NCBI RefSeq assembly: GCF_018350175.1
Contig: NC_058368.1
Location: forward strand, 50,469,815-50,533,814
Origin: Felis catus
Taxonomy: Eukaryota
Length of the DNA stretch: 64,000 nt
Direction: 5' to 3'
Part shown: piece after piece, positions 12,261 to 23,895 of the stretch
Layout: each line of letters starts with the position of its first letter
How positions within the stretch are numbered: position 1 is the stretch's first letter
Position numbers and translations under genes: made by a program
The notes under the pieces: generated by a model
What the model saw: the letters and a program-made list of their open reading frames with translations, nothing else
Told to the model about the DNA's origin: nothing
The model's database searches: none

Positions 12261-13059
12261 ATTTTATCTCAGTTTATTCTGCCACTTACATGAAGCAGAA
12301 ACCAGGGTAGGAATAAGACATTGGCAGCTTCTGCCTGAATGAGTTTCACTTTTGCACCTGGGTGCTGGAGATGAGCAACGCTTCAACCTCAGACTCTGCC
12401 ATTAAGGTACAGTGATTCCGACCTCCAGTTAAATGGAACCAGTTGTTGCCTGGGTCTAACCAGTTAGTTTAGGAACCACTACTCCTGAGGAGAGGAGCTA
12501 GTAAGGTCCCCAAAGTGCTCCTCCAACAGCCATTCTGAGCCGGGGCAAGTGCGGAATCCCCTAGGGGCCAAGACAGAAATTTGGGGAAAATAGAGACACA
12601 AATAGCACCTGCCCCAATTAGTCCCACTTCATTCATCAAATTTATTCATTAATAAAGCATATGGAGGAAGCTCTGTATATTTGAATCCCATGGATTTAAT
12701 AGTGCCATAGGCTATTTGCAGAAAAGACATGCTCTATTTGTTTCCATAAGATGGATTCATTGGGCTCTATTTCCAGACAAGGTAATTGGGATTACCTGGA
12801 ATAAGCCAGAAGTCTTGGCAATCCTTTTGATGTTGGGGAGGAATCCTTCCTTCTGTGCCAAAGCAGTTAGATTGAGGTAGCAATTTCATTGCTAATAGTA
12901 TCCACTATCTAACAGATTATTCATTGAGCCTATCTTCATGATGAGATACAAAGACAGGAGTCCTGTTCTGGAAGCATTTGCTGTCTTGCAGGTGGGGAGA
13001 AGATGGCAGATGCTATGGAAGAGAGTAGAGGGGACACCAAAGAGGAAGTGGTCACATTT

Positions 13060-13235
13060 ATAATAATAACTGTCCTGTGTCAAATGCTTGCTGTTAGCTC
13101 ATGAAGCCCATGTTCTTTTTATTTATATTTTACAGAAGAGGAAACTGAGGTACAGAGAGTATATGAATCTTAATGAGCACCACACAGCTTATTACAACTG
13201 CAGATAAACCAAGGCTATTGGGCCTCTGGGTTAGG
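13060..13235 (-). mobile_element. MIR SINE
   Basis: Antisense core TTTTACAGAAGAGGAAACTGAGGTACAGAGAG. Confidence 0.75.
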
Positions 13236-13859
13236 TTTATGCTATTGGGCTCCAGTGCCTGATAATATGTATATGTGCAAGACTTCATGAGGAGATAGTC
13301 CTTTTTTCTGGATAATGTAAGTGACAGGTGCAATTCAGGAAGAAAAAGCTTCATGAAAAAGACAAAAGAGAATTAAGGCACTTTTTGGGGTTTTAGTCTG
13401 TTAGCAATTACACATGAATTAAGTGGAGAGCTACAGGTTGGTGGGAAAACACAGCAAGAAAACATAGCCATGATGGGAAATTGTATATACTGGTACTGAA
13501 ATTGAATTTTAATCTGAAATGCACATACTTTGAACGAATCTAAGTAGGGCAGAGCTCAGTCTGTTTTGTGTCTTAGAAACGTAGAGGAATGAACTGCAGG
13601 GAGTTGCAATGGCATTAGAGAAATCAATTAGCAGAATCTTGAATTAAGGCACTTTGGAGAGAAGAGGTCTGAATTAAGGCCAGGATAGTGGAGAGGAAGA
13701 AGGGAAGATGGATAGAATATGCTCCATAACTAGAATTTATGGCTCAGACTCTCAGTGACAAATCAGATATGGGGATAGGGAAAAGATAGCAGTCTAGGAT
13801 TATTGAGTAGATGGTGGAGATACTTACCTGTTCATACATACAGATATGTAATAGATATC

Positions 13860-14690
13860 TATCATGTGTGCTCATGTGACAGACCCTGTGTGAAGTGTTG
13901 GGATATGACACTGAACAGCCCAGGCAGAGTCTCTGTCTTTAGGGTCTCACATCCTAGAGAAGTTGGAAACAGCATGTAATGAAGTAAACAGATAATTCAA
14001 TAATGGTTACAGCAGTGAGTGCCATTAAAGAAATAAACAGGATGAGAAAAGGGAGATTGTTTTAGTTTGGAGGGCAGGAACAAAGAAGAGCTATCTGGGG
14101 AGGGAATATTTAAGTTCAAAACTGAGTGATGAGAAGAACTCAGCCCTGCAAACACCCAGTGGAAGAGGGGTTGAGACAAAGCAAACAGTGAGCACCAAAG
14201 CCCTGGGGGAGGATGGATGCCTTGGTACAGAAATGGAATTTCTTTGAGGATGCTTAGAAATGGAATTTCTTTGAGGATGCTTAATGTGAGAAGAAGAGAA
14301 GATAAGATGTGATGAATCTAGGGACATATACAGGGACCTGGTCATACAGTCTTGTAGTCAAATGTAAGGAGTTTGGTTTTTGTTCCAATAACAATGAGAA
14401 AAACTTTGGAGGGTTTTAGGCCAGGTAGTGACATGATCCATCCAGTATAAGGGAACAGAGGGAGAGCAGTCAGTTTGGGGGAGGTACTCATCCTGGTTAT
14501 GTTAAGTTTGATCAACCCATTGTACATTCAGAAAGATGTATTTAGTAGACAATGGGAATTGTGGGCCAGGTTAGGGGAGAATGACGTGGGACATGACATC
14601 AGACATGGGAGTGATCAATACATATGACATAGGACTGTGGGTGGAAAGAGAAGAGAGCCAATAATGAGTCCTGGAGGACAAGGAAGTGGA
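13860..14690 (-). mobile_element. L2 LINE fragment
   Basis: Antisense L2 motifs (TAAGGAGTTTGGTTTTTGTTC, GGAGGGTTTTAGGCCAGGTAGTGACATGATC). Confidence 0.7.
14229..14282. repeat. perfect 27-bp tandem duplication
   Basis: AGAAATGGAATTTCTTTGAGGATGCTT x2. Confidence 0.97.
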
Positions 14691-14699
14691 ACCAGTTAC

Positions 14700-15097
14700 G
14701 GTATCTTCATATAATAAAAATTACTCAGCCACAAAAAGACTTGTGTATATTGATATACACAACAGTGTACATAGGTCTCATAAATGATTATGATGAGTCC
14801 AAGAAGTCTGATAACAAAAGGTAACATATCATGTGATTTCAATAAAAGGAAATGTAAACTAATCTATCATTATAGAAAAAGTTCAGTGATTGTCTGAACA
14901 TGAAGAAAAGAGGAAAATGAAGAAAGGGAAAGGAAAGGATTACCAAGGGACATGAAGAAACTTTGGTGGTAAAGGGCATGTTTATTATTTTGGTTATGGT
15001 TAAGATTTCCCAGGTGTGTATGTATGTTGAAGATTATCAAATTATATGCTTTACAGAAGTGCAGTTTATTGTGTCAATACATCAATAAACCTATCTT
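14700..15097 (+). mobile_element. old L1 3' end (L1MD/MC-like)
   Basis: GGATTACCAAGGGACATGAAGAAACTTTG...GTGCAGTTTATTGTGTCAATACATCAATAAA. Confidence 0.75.
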
Positions 15098-15287
15098 TTC
15101 TAAAGTCTCCAGAATACAGAAGAAAAAGAAAGACCCAAAAAAGTTAGATTTAGGTATACAACTAATATTTTTGTATAGGAACAGAGAAGGTGAAACAGAA
15201 AGTATATTCAAATACGTTTTAGGGGAAAAATAACTTTTTGATTTAAAAAACATGCAAAGCTTTTAATAGAAAAGTCTGTTAACTGAA

Positions 15288-15512
15288 GAATCCCTGGGTG
15301 GCTCAGGTGGTTAAGTGTCTGACACCTGATTTCAGCTCAGGTCATGCTGTCACGGTTCATGAGATTGAGTCCTACATGGGGCCCTGCGTTGACAGCACAG
15401 AGCCTGCTTGGGACTCTCTCTCCCAATCTCTCTGCCCCTCCCCCAATTGTGCTTACTTGCATGTACATGCTTTCTCTCTCTCCCTCAAAAGAAATAAATA
15501 AACTGACTTTTA
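15288..15512 (+). mobile_element. Can-SINE, older subfamily
   Basis: CCTGGGTGGCTCAG head; TSD AAAAGTCT(G/A)TTAACTGAA at 15270-15287 and 15513-15530. Confidence 0.93.
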
Positions 15513-18263
15513 AAAAGTCTATTAACTGAAAAATTTATAAAAATCAAATGATGTGTTAAAGGAAATGTTGTAATACACAAACGGTGAATATAATAGGATA
15601 TGTTTATAATTTATTTTGCAGCGGCTAGTTAACATGGATGTTTCTTCTAATTGTATATGTAGTTAACATAATGATTTATACAATTATATATATATATTTT
15701 AAATTCATATTCTTGTACTTATTTCTATCTACATAAGCAGGAAATAATAAATAAACATAAAAACTGTGTGGTAGCCAAGCATCTGAGAAAATGCTTGTGT
15801 GAACAAACAAAAACTGCCTCTCTAGTAGGTAACAGAACTGCCAGTGGAAAACTTGTTCTATTTGTTCTCCTCTGTCCCCCATAGACTACACCAGTGGCCA
15901 ATCTTTTATAATACAGAGTCTTCTGGAAAGAATGATTATTGCTTAATATTAGTATCCATCTCTTTAATCAGAGTAGAACCTTTTTTCATTGGAGTAAGGA
16001 ATACCTATTGATAATGGGGAATGGAAAGGAAGGAGTGGTTGAACAGGAGAACATTCCATAACCAGAAGGAACATGAATACATATGGGTCAATAGAAAGAA
16101 GAAATTAAAAAAAAAATCAAAAAGGTTAGTGGTTAGACAACAAAGGTAGATTTTGCATACTTGGCTGGACTTTCTAGAATTTGTGAAAATCAATTTCCGA
16201 ATTGATGATATTCTTCCTGAGGATATCAGGACAGTTCAGAAGATGGAAACCTCAACTTTCTCCAAATCAACTTAGTCCCCTAGTCTGGTCAAATTTCCTT
16301 AGTCCGACAGAATCTTGTCACATCCAGTTCTGCCCCATCTTTGGGAAAGAAGCCATAAAGAAGAAATTTACAAAAAGAGAAACTAGAGGTATCTTTATCC
16401 TACTTTCATTCATTCATCCTTTCTGATGTTAATGGTTATAAAATGTATGCCTTCTTTGAAAATTTATGGTTTTGTGTAAAAAGCAAGAACTTATTTCATG
16501 GCTTCTTATGACATTATTATATATCTAATTATTACTAGAAGCACACACTTATTTGGCACATAATATCATGGGAAATTTAAAGGCTTTGCCTTTGAAACAA
16601 TTACAAACTATGTTGTGGGGAAGCAGGATGTATGCATGAAACATCCAGGGAAAAATTCATAGACAAATAAAGCAATGCATAGCCTGGCTGCTGAAATCCC
16701 CTGACCAACTTTTCCAATTATAAAATCCATTTCCTTATACTCAATAGCATTTTTTGTGAATCCATTTCTTTTGGATACAAGAAAATCCAATCTTTCAAAA
16801 TCTTGAGCTAAGCTTACAATTTTTGCACTTAAAAAAATAATCTCATATTGCAACTATACCAACAATGATGATTTCTAACATTTCAAAATAAATGATCTCT
16901 TTCTGGTTCCAATCTGTTTTCTCAGTCTGGCTTTTGTTCTTCTGCAGAAACCAAACTTGGTCTAATTTTTGCAACTGAAATTTCCAGCCTTTTGGGACAT
17001 ATCTCAAAATGCCCTCTAGCCTCATCTATATCAACATTCTACCACTTATTGCCTAAATTCCACACCCTCCGTTAACTCTTCTCTACTCACACCACATGTA
17101 AATGATCACTTTTCTAAACATCATTTACTTATATGATCAAACAATATTTATTAAACATGTCACACATGTGTTAGAGATAAGCCCAAATTTCTAAGGGAAC
17201 TCAGAATAGTTACCCTTTAGGGCTTGATGTAGGATAAAGCAGAAAGTGGATGCTGATAAGACTAGGGAGGTAGAAATATACAATATCATAAAGGATTTAG
17301 TATTCTTTGCTAAGGAATTTAGATTTTTATCCTGTGTGATACAGCTGTAAAATTTTATATTTTCTAAGGGATTATACTGTCTTATACTGAAATCACTGGG
17401 GTATATATATTTTACTTCTGAAATATACAGTCTTTAAGTAAAGACTTAATGTAAGTCCTTACAGAAATGGTGTTTCATTCATGCTGTACATTACTTTGAA
17501 AGGAGACCTAGGCCACACATTTTGTCAAATGGAGCATTATATCACGTGTTGAAATCCATAGAGACAACAAAGCTCTCCCTTGAGAATCTCATTAAAGTTT
17601 AAGAGAGCCAAAGGGTTCAATTGGTGAAGTAAACAACTTAAACTAATAGATCCAAATGAATTCATATGATTTTTTGTGGATTTTGCTTAATGTCAAACCA
17701 AGCAAGTCCAGAAAATATGATTGTTAAAGTTCCTCTAGCAGTGTGAACTCGCCCACATGGCACATGTATAGGATTTTCAACAGTTAGCATACTAAAAAGA
17801 GCCTTTAATATGGTAGAGTGTATTCGCTCTAATGTTGTCATGAGAAATGCTGCCTTTTTTATTTTCCTAAATGTAGTCTTTTCACTGAAACATTTACAGA
17901 ATGTCCAAGTATTATTTTTCACAATACTCTTTGTATATGGGGGAGGTATTTCTGAATAGTCATAAGATAGAATGTCAATTTCATAGCCACATTATTTAGA
18001 AAGAGAATGAGACGATTGATATTTCCTTTGTGTTTGAAAAGTAAGGAGTTAAGGAGAGGTTAATATAAGAAAGTGAAAATCACTGTCCCCATCTGTGCCT
18101 GGGTGATCTCCAGTTCTGATGGCAAGAACAGTGGAGAAGAGAATGGCACCCACCCTGCCTGTGCTCCTGTCTGCATAAGGAAAGGCACGTAGGTTGGGTC
18201 AACCATTCCCTAAGCACTTTGAATATCAGTCTATTTAAATGGCTCATAATTATAGAGGAATAT

Positions 18264-18454
18264 TTTTTTAAAATTTATTTATTTTGCCAGACAGAGATAA
18301 TAGGGGAGGGACAGAGAGAGAGAGAGAGGGAGAGAGAGAATCCCAAGCAGGTTCTGCACTGTCAGTGCAAAGCCCAACATGGGACTCAAACTGCAAGGTC
18401 ATGACCTAAGATCTTGAGTTGGTCGCTCAATCAACTGAGCCACCCAGGCTCCCC
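18264..18454 (-). mobile_element. Can-SINE, diverged
   Basis: T-tail, (GA)n, GAATCCCAAGCAGG, ends CTGAGCCACCCAGGCTCCCC. Confidence 0.92.
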
Positions 18455-20312
18455 TCAAGGAATCTCTTAACTAAACATGTGTGCTTGGGATGGGATGAAA
18501 GATGAATTCTGATGGTGACCTGAGGATCTAGTCCTGCAATTAAACGTGTGCTAATCTGTGATTTCCTTGAGATATAGGAATTTGGCTTCAGACTACCTCC
18601 GCTGGGTGTATCTGCATCATTCAAGATGAGCTATTCTTTAAAAGGATTTAAAAATAAAAGATGCCACCAGGATAATAATCCTATACTTTTTTTTATAACC
18701 GATTACTGTGTTCAGTACAAGGAAGTTCAAGTTTAAAATAAATGCTGCACCTGAAGCCAATTAGAAGAGAGACATTATTATTTTCTTTCTGTTTGAATCC
18801 AATTTTTAAAGACCACAAAGGGGTTATTTAGATGGCAATAAATGCATTGTAAAGTCTTTTTTCAGTGACTACAAAAGCAATCTGTTGTGTTGGAAGTTAG
18901 ACTAGCAAAACAATTCCGATGCTGACAAAGTAGCAGGGAAAATAAGGGTTGTTAGCGGCAGATTATCTAAATCAATATTATGCTATAGTCTAATTAATAT
19001 GTACTTTGCTATTGCCAGGTAGGATTTATTAGCACAAAAGCATAATAATTCTATCACTCAAGCTTGTTAATAAAGTTAAATTAAAGACAGATGAACCTTG
19101 ATAGTTATATACATTTTTCTGTGCATTTGCCAAGTTCTTGAGAAGTCAAGAGTATGATAACATTAACTATTTTAACCGTAAGAATGTGGTAAGATCCTAA
19201 AACAATGTGGCCCTTGAAACCTGACTGGCAGAAGTAGAATTTATTTTCTAGTATGAGTGTGAATTAGGGTGAGGGCATTCCTAGCATTGAACTGGGAGTA
19301 ACGTGACCAAATCTTGGAAATGGGCCAATAATTCCCTGCCAGGAGGTTATGAGAGGACCCAAGCCTGGCCAGTGAGTATGGACAGGACCAGGCACAGACT
19401 GTGGAGAGCCGTAACTAAACAGGGTCGGTGTGCAGGTCTCAGGCAAAGGTGGAAAACCCATGGAAAGTCAGGAGGAATTTATGAGATACCAACCAGATGA
19501 GCTTGGGCTGGTACAAGTCAGTTTATTAGTTTAGACGTAAGACCTTTTTAGAGGGCCGATGGATCATATCCAATGGTAACTGTGACCCACTTGTTTAAAA
19601 TGTAGTTGTAAATTTGGACCATTATTGCTCCTATTAGTTTTTTTTATTGTTGTCTTTTTAACACACATCAAACAGTACTGTGTCACTTAAGATGGAAAGT
19701 GTCCTAGTTTGGGTGCTATTTTTAAAAACTTTGCTTACTTAGTTAGGGCACCAAGATAATGACTCAATGTCCAGATCAAGCTCACCCGGCTAATATGATT
19801 GTCTTTAAGTAAACCTATAAAAAGTTCTTTTTGCCTTTAGATTTCACAAAGACATATATTAAAATAATTTAGTTAAAGGAACACAACCTGTATTATGAGA
19901 TGCTTATTTGTTTATATTTACAGATCCTAACCCCGTAAGAACTCTGAGCTTCTTCCAGCTAAGTGAAAATAATATCCTGAGGTAACTATAATATAACTAG
20001 GTGTCCCTGATTGGGAAGCTAGGAGAGTAGCTAGACCCTTGGCGGTCAATGAGAGCCTGAGACCTTTCATATTTCAGATTTCCTATTCTCACCTTCAGAG
20101 CTCTGTACTGATGAAATAGAGATGAGTGATTCCATTTCCAGGACAAGTGCCCTTTCTATTTCCAATGATACTTGCACAATTCATCACAATACTACAAACA
20201 GGGTGAGGCTCTTTTGCACGATTCTTTGAAAGTAGTGAGATTCATTTTTAAAATCTGCTGTTTGTAAATTTGGACGTATCAACAAGAGTATTCATTAAGA
20301 AAAATAAAAACC

Positions 20313-20535
20313 GGGGCGCCTGGGTGGCGCAGTCGGTTAAGCGTCCGACTTCAGCCAGGTCACGATCTCACGGTCTGTGAGTTCGAGCCCCGCGTTGGGC
20401 TCTGGGCTGATGGCTCAGAGCCTGGAGCCTGTTTCCGATTCTGTGTCTCCCTCCCTCTCTGCCTCTCGCCCGTTCATGCTCTGTCTCTCTCTGTCCCAAA
20501 AATAAATAAACGTTGAAAAAAAAATTAAAATAAAA
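20313..20535 (+). mobile_element. Can-SINE, young feline SINEC_Fc type
   Basis: CpG-rich copy; 16-bp TSD AAGAAAAA(T/G)AAAAACC at 20297-20312 and 20536-20551. Confidence 0.97.
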
Positions 20536-21014
20536 AAGAAAAAGAAAAACCTACTCTGTGTTCTAGTCAAGCTCAAATATGGCTGACCCTTTCAGCCTGA
20601 CTCAAGCCCTTTCCTCTAAAGTGATAATAGCTGCTTTACTGGAGATGCAGATCGTCTTTTTTTTTTTTTTTTTTATCTGGGCAAGGTTTTGATGTTTAGT
20701 CATTAAATGCCCACTCTATGCCCTTCCCAGCTCAGCTCCCTAAGAGTACCTGTTTGCTGTACTTGGAACTGTTAATGAGGTATTGATCAATATAATTAAT
20801 TAGCAAGCATAGAAACTTAATTGCATTTTAACTAGTTAATCAATGGCAATGCTCACTTTCATTCTGGATGTGAATACATATGTATAAGGCATAGCTCTAA
20901 GCTCATAATCAAATATTCTGTCCCTAAACATGCATTACAATGTGCTCAAGGTATAAATAATGACGTTTACTTTATTAAAATTGCTGTTAACAGTACCTAT
21001 TGGATAATAAGATT

Positions 21015-21223
21015 ATTTTTTAAATTTTTTAAGTTTATTTATTTTGAGAGAGAGAGAGCTTGCCAGCAGGGTTGGGGCAGAGAGAGGAGGTGGAAAGAAA
21101 GAGAATCCCAAGCAAGTTCTGCACTGTCAGCACAGAGCCTTATGTGGGGCTCGAACTCATGAACTGTGAGATCATGACTTGAGCGGAAATCAGAGTCAAC
21201 CTACTAAACCACCCAGGTGCCCC
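21015..21223 (-). mobile_element. Can-SINE
   Basis: Ends CCACCCAGGTGCCCC; TSD core TAATAAGATT at 21005-21014 and 21226-21235. Confidence 0.93.
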
Positions 21224-22213
21224 AGTAATAAGATTCTTATTAAGCATTCTACTGTGAAATCTTGCTAGAGGCACAAGCATTGAATTACAAGTTGATGTCT
21301 GCAAATAGAATATGGATAAGTTAGGGGCTCTAGAAAATAGGGTATGGTATTTTCATGATCACCTTCTTCTTATATCTTCTCCTTAGTCACATTCAACTTT
21401 TCCTTTTTTCAGTATTTTCTTCACTCGGCGTTGGCTGTAGGCAGAAATGTGAATTGAACTCTTCTTCAGCCCCTTTCTCCTCCATTCTTACCTTAAATGA
21501 GCTCATCTGGGTGACCCCAGTTTTCAGGCTGCCTTCAATCTAGGGATCTACCCAAACATCATATCCTTGAGCTCAGGCCAACATCCTAGATGCTCACAGA
21601 CTTTTAAAAGTTACTCATGCTCAATCTTATTCCCTCAGGGATCCCAATTCCTAGCAAACTGTGCTCCTGTGGCCGTGAGAATCTCTTTAACAGAAGCCTA
21701 AAGAGCATGCTCTTAGTAAAAGAAGTGAACCAAATGGTGAGAAGTGTAAATGTAGGCAGAAATTTACATATCTCATAGATGTACATTATGGCCTACATTT
21801 TCCAAATGAGTACCTCTCAGAGCCCTTTCTTCTCATACTTATAAAAGTTGCTGTTCCCATTTTTAAAAAGTTCATAAAAATAAGTATGAGGTTTTTACAA
21901 ATAATAAACCCAAATTTTTTATTACTGGCTATGGAGTCCATGTCTAATTCTATATTTTACAAGCCCCCTTGGGGCCCCATGTGCTGAATGAGAGAAATGA
22001 AGGAGCTAGTTATCAGTACTAGCTACAGCTAGTTATTAGCTAGTTACAGCTATTTATGTAGTTGATAAAAAATAATTCCACACAATGTTGTACCTGCTGA
22101 ACTTCCAGGCTGTTGTGCAAAGCACATCAGCACAATTCCTGTTGAGGTGCCATATGCTCATGAGTTTTGATGTGATTTTTTTAGCCAGGCAAAGGAAAAC
22201 CAGTGATGTGGAG

Positions 22214-22227
22214 TGACGTCATGACCT
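22214..22227. promoter_or_regulatory. full CRE (TGACGTCA) abutting nuclear-receptor half-site TGACCT
   Basis: TGACGTCATGACCT seen directly; function untested. Confidence 0.35.
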
Positions 22228-23329
22228 CTGTGAGTTCTAAACCAAGGAACATCAGTGTGTCCTTGGCCATGCTTACCATAGGGTGCTTTCCAGCCAACAG
22301 CATTGTTATTGGAGTATGTTATTAGTAGTTATAGTTTTAACAGAAACTTCCAGTATCAGAGGTACTTGAAATTAATTGTTATGGTACACTTATATTTTAT
22401 CCTAAGTATTGCATTAGCTGAAATTTATACAGCAATAAAATATACAGTGGAGTTTTCATGGAAAATTATTATAGTATTAAAACAATGATATTTCCTTACA
22501 CTAAAAAATTGACTACTTATATTTTAGAACTGTCACTGTTTTTTGGTGGCAGGATATTTTAATCACAGTTCCAGAAATTTTATTACCTTTTATTGAGAAA
22601 CTAGAACATAGCTTTTTTTTTTTCCAGTCTGTGGACTATATCAGTTGCTTATGTCTTAAGAGCATAATTGCTAATTAAAACCAGTGAAAATATGGAAACA
22701 TTAGGAATGTTGCAGAATCAGTCAACAGAATGTGTCAAGATACTGATGCACATGAAGCAATAATCTAAGAAATAAGGAGAATCAGGCTTGAGAGTTAAAT
22801 TGCTAAGACCCATTCTTAGTAGTGTCATTAGCCATCTTTAGAATAGACCCAGGATCTGTATAACACATGAGTGAAAAGATTGGGAACCCAAAATCAAGCT
22901 TATTAGGGTAAACAATCTTAAGGAAGCAAAACTGGATTGTAATTTCAATATGTTAAGGGAAAGACAAGTCAAAATCACTACAGAATTCAGAGAAAGACTA
23001 TGGTCAATATAGATGAGAAAATTGGAACCTAGCTAAACGTCTAGTCAGTCATAGCTCATACTGGTAGGAACCTTTCATGAAGTCAGTCATTGAGGCTACA
23101 TTAGCTTAGAGCTGCTAAATGTTCAAATAACACAGCAAAATCTTTTAAAACAAAAAATGTTGTTTTACTTACATTTTTATTTTCCATGTAGGTTGGAAAT
23201 GCTCTATACTGACAAGGCAAGAATTCTTTAATTATTTACTCAACCACTTGCACTTCTATACAACAAATACTTATTTCCCAATTTTCCTGTATCCTTTTCT
23301 GGATTGCAGGGAAAGAAGCTATATCTCTA

Positions 23330-23621
23330 TTTGCCAGAATCTCTTTCCTAATTTTTGGCTTAGTGTCTGCCAGTGAGACAGACTCTCATGAGATTTAGAA
23401 GGTGGTATAGAAGTCATAATTCTCCAGCAAATTACCAAGGACCTCACGGGTGCAAAGCAGAAGTCAAGTTCACAGAAACTCCAGTTGAACTGGTAAGGAT
23501 CATCCACTTTGGTGCTGCAGGCATCCAGCATTGGTGGAAGTAACTTGACTAACACATTTGCTCCCTCAGTTCTTCCCAACAGTTTTGCATTAACATACCT
23601 TCTTATTGGAATCCTGATACA
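23330..23621 (+). mobile_element. ERVL solo LTR (LTR16-like)
   Basis: TCTGCCAGTGAGA...CATGAGATTTAGAAGG and CTCCCTCAGTTCTTCCCAACAGTTTTG...CTGATACA resemble recalled LTR16 internal and 3' motifs. Confidence 0.6.
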
Positions 23622-23837
23622 AGTGTCCAAAGTTCTTTTTTGTCATGTAAATGTATTATTTTCATTATCAATACAGAAACATGATGTAGGTCTAGGTAAA
23701 AATTGCATATGAACAGGGTGCCATTTCCTCTGAAATACTCACTTTAGCAGTTACCATAAAAACTAAACTACATGTCAAAGAGCAGCTAATAAAGGTCTTC
23801 CTCCCTCTTTTTTCTTCTTTCTCTTTCCTTCTTTCTC

Positions 23838-23894
<57 letters not shown>
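23838..23894. repeat. (CTTT)~14 microsatellite
   Basis: Read directly. Confidence 0.97.

Positions 23895-23895
<1 letters not shown>

Noticed and set aside
16608..17025. Two adjacent minus-strand ORFs (81 and 60 aa) that look protein-like
   Set aside because: No recognisable domain, different frames and no convincing splice-site pair
22263..22276. 14-mer TTGGCCATGCTTAC repeated at 61884-61897
   Set aside because: A few 14-bp matches are expected by chance in 64 kb, and similarity extends only a few bases
23173..23348. Minus-strand exon candidate ending in a GTAAGT donor
   Set aside because: The best frame has an internal TAA, the acceptor is poor, and it abuts an LTR16-like element
23319..23630. 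103-aa minus-strand ORF
   Set aside because: Coincides with the LTR16-like solo LTR; no protein resemblance
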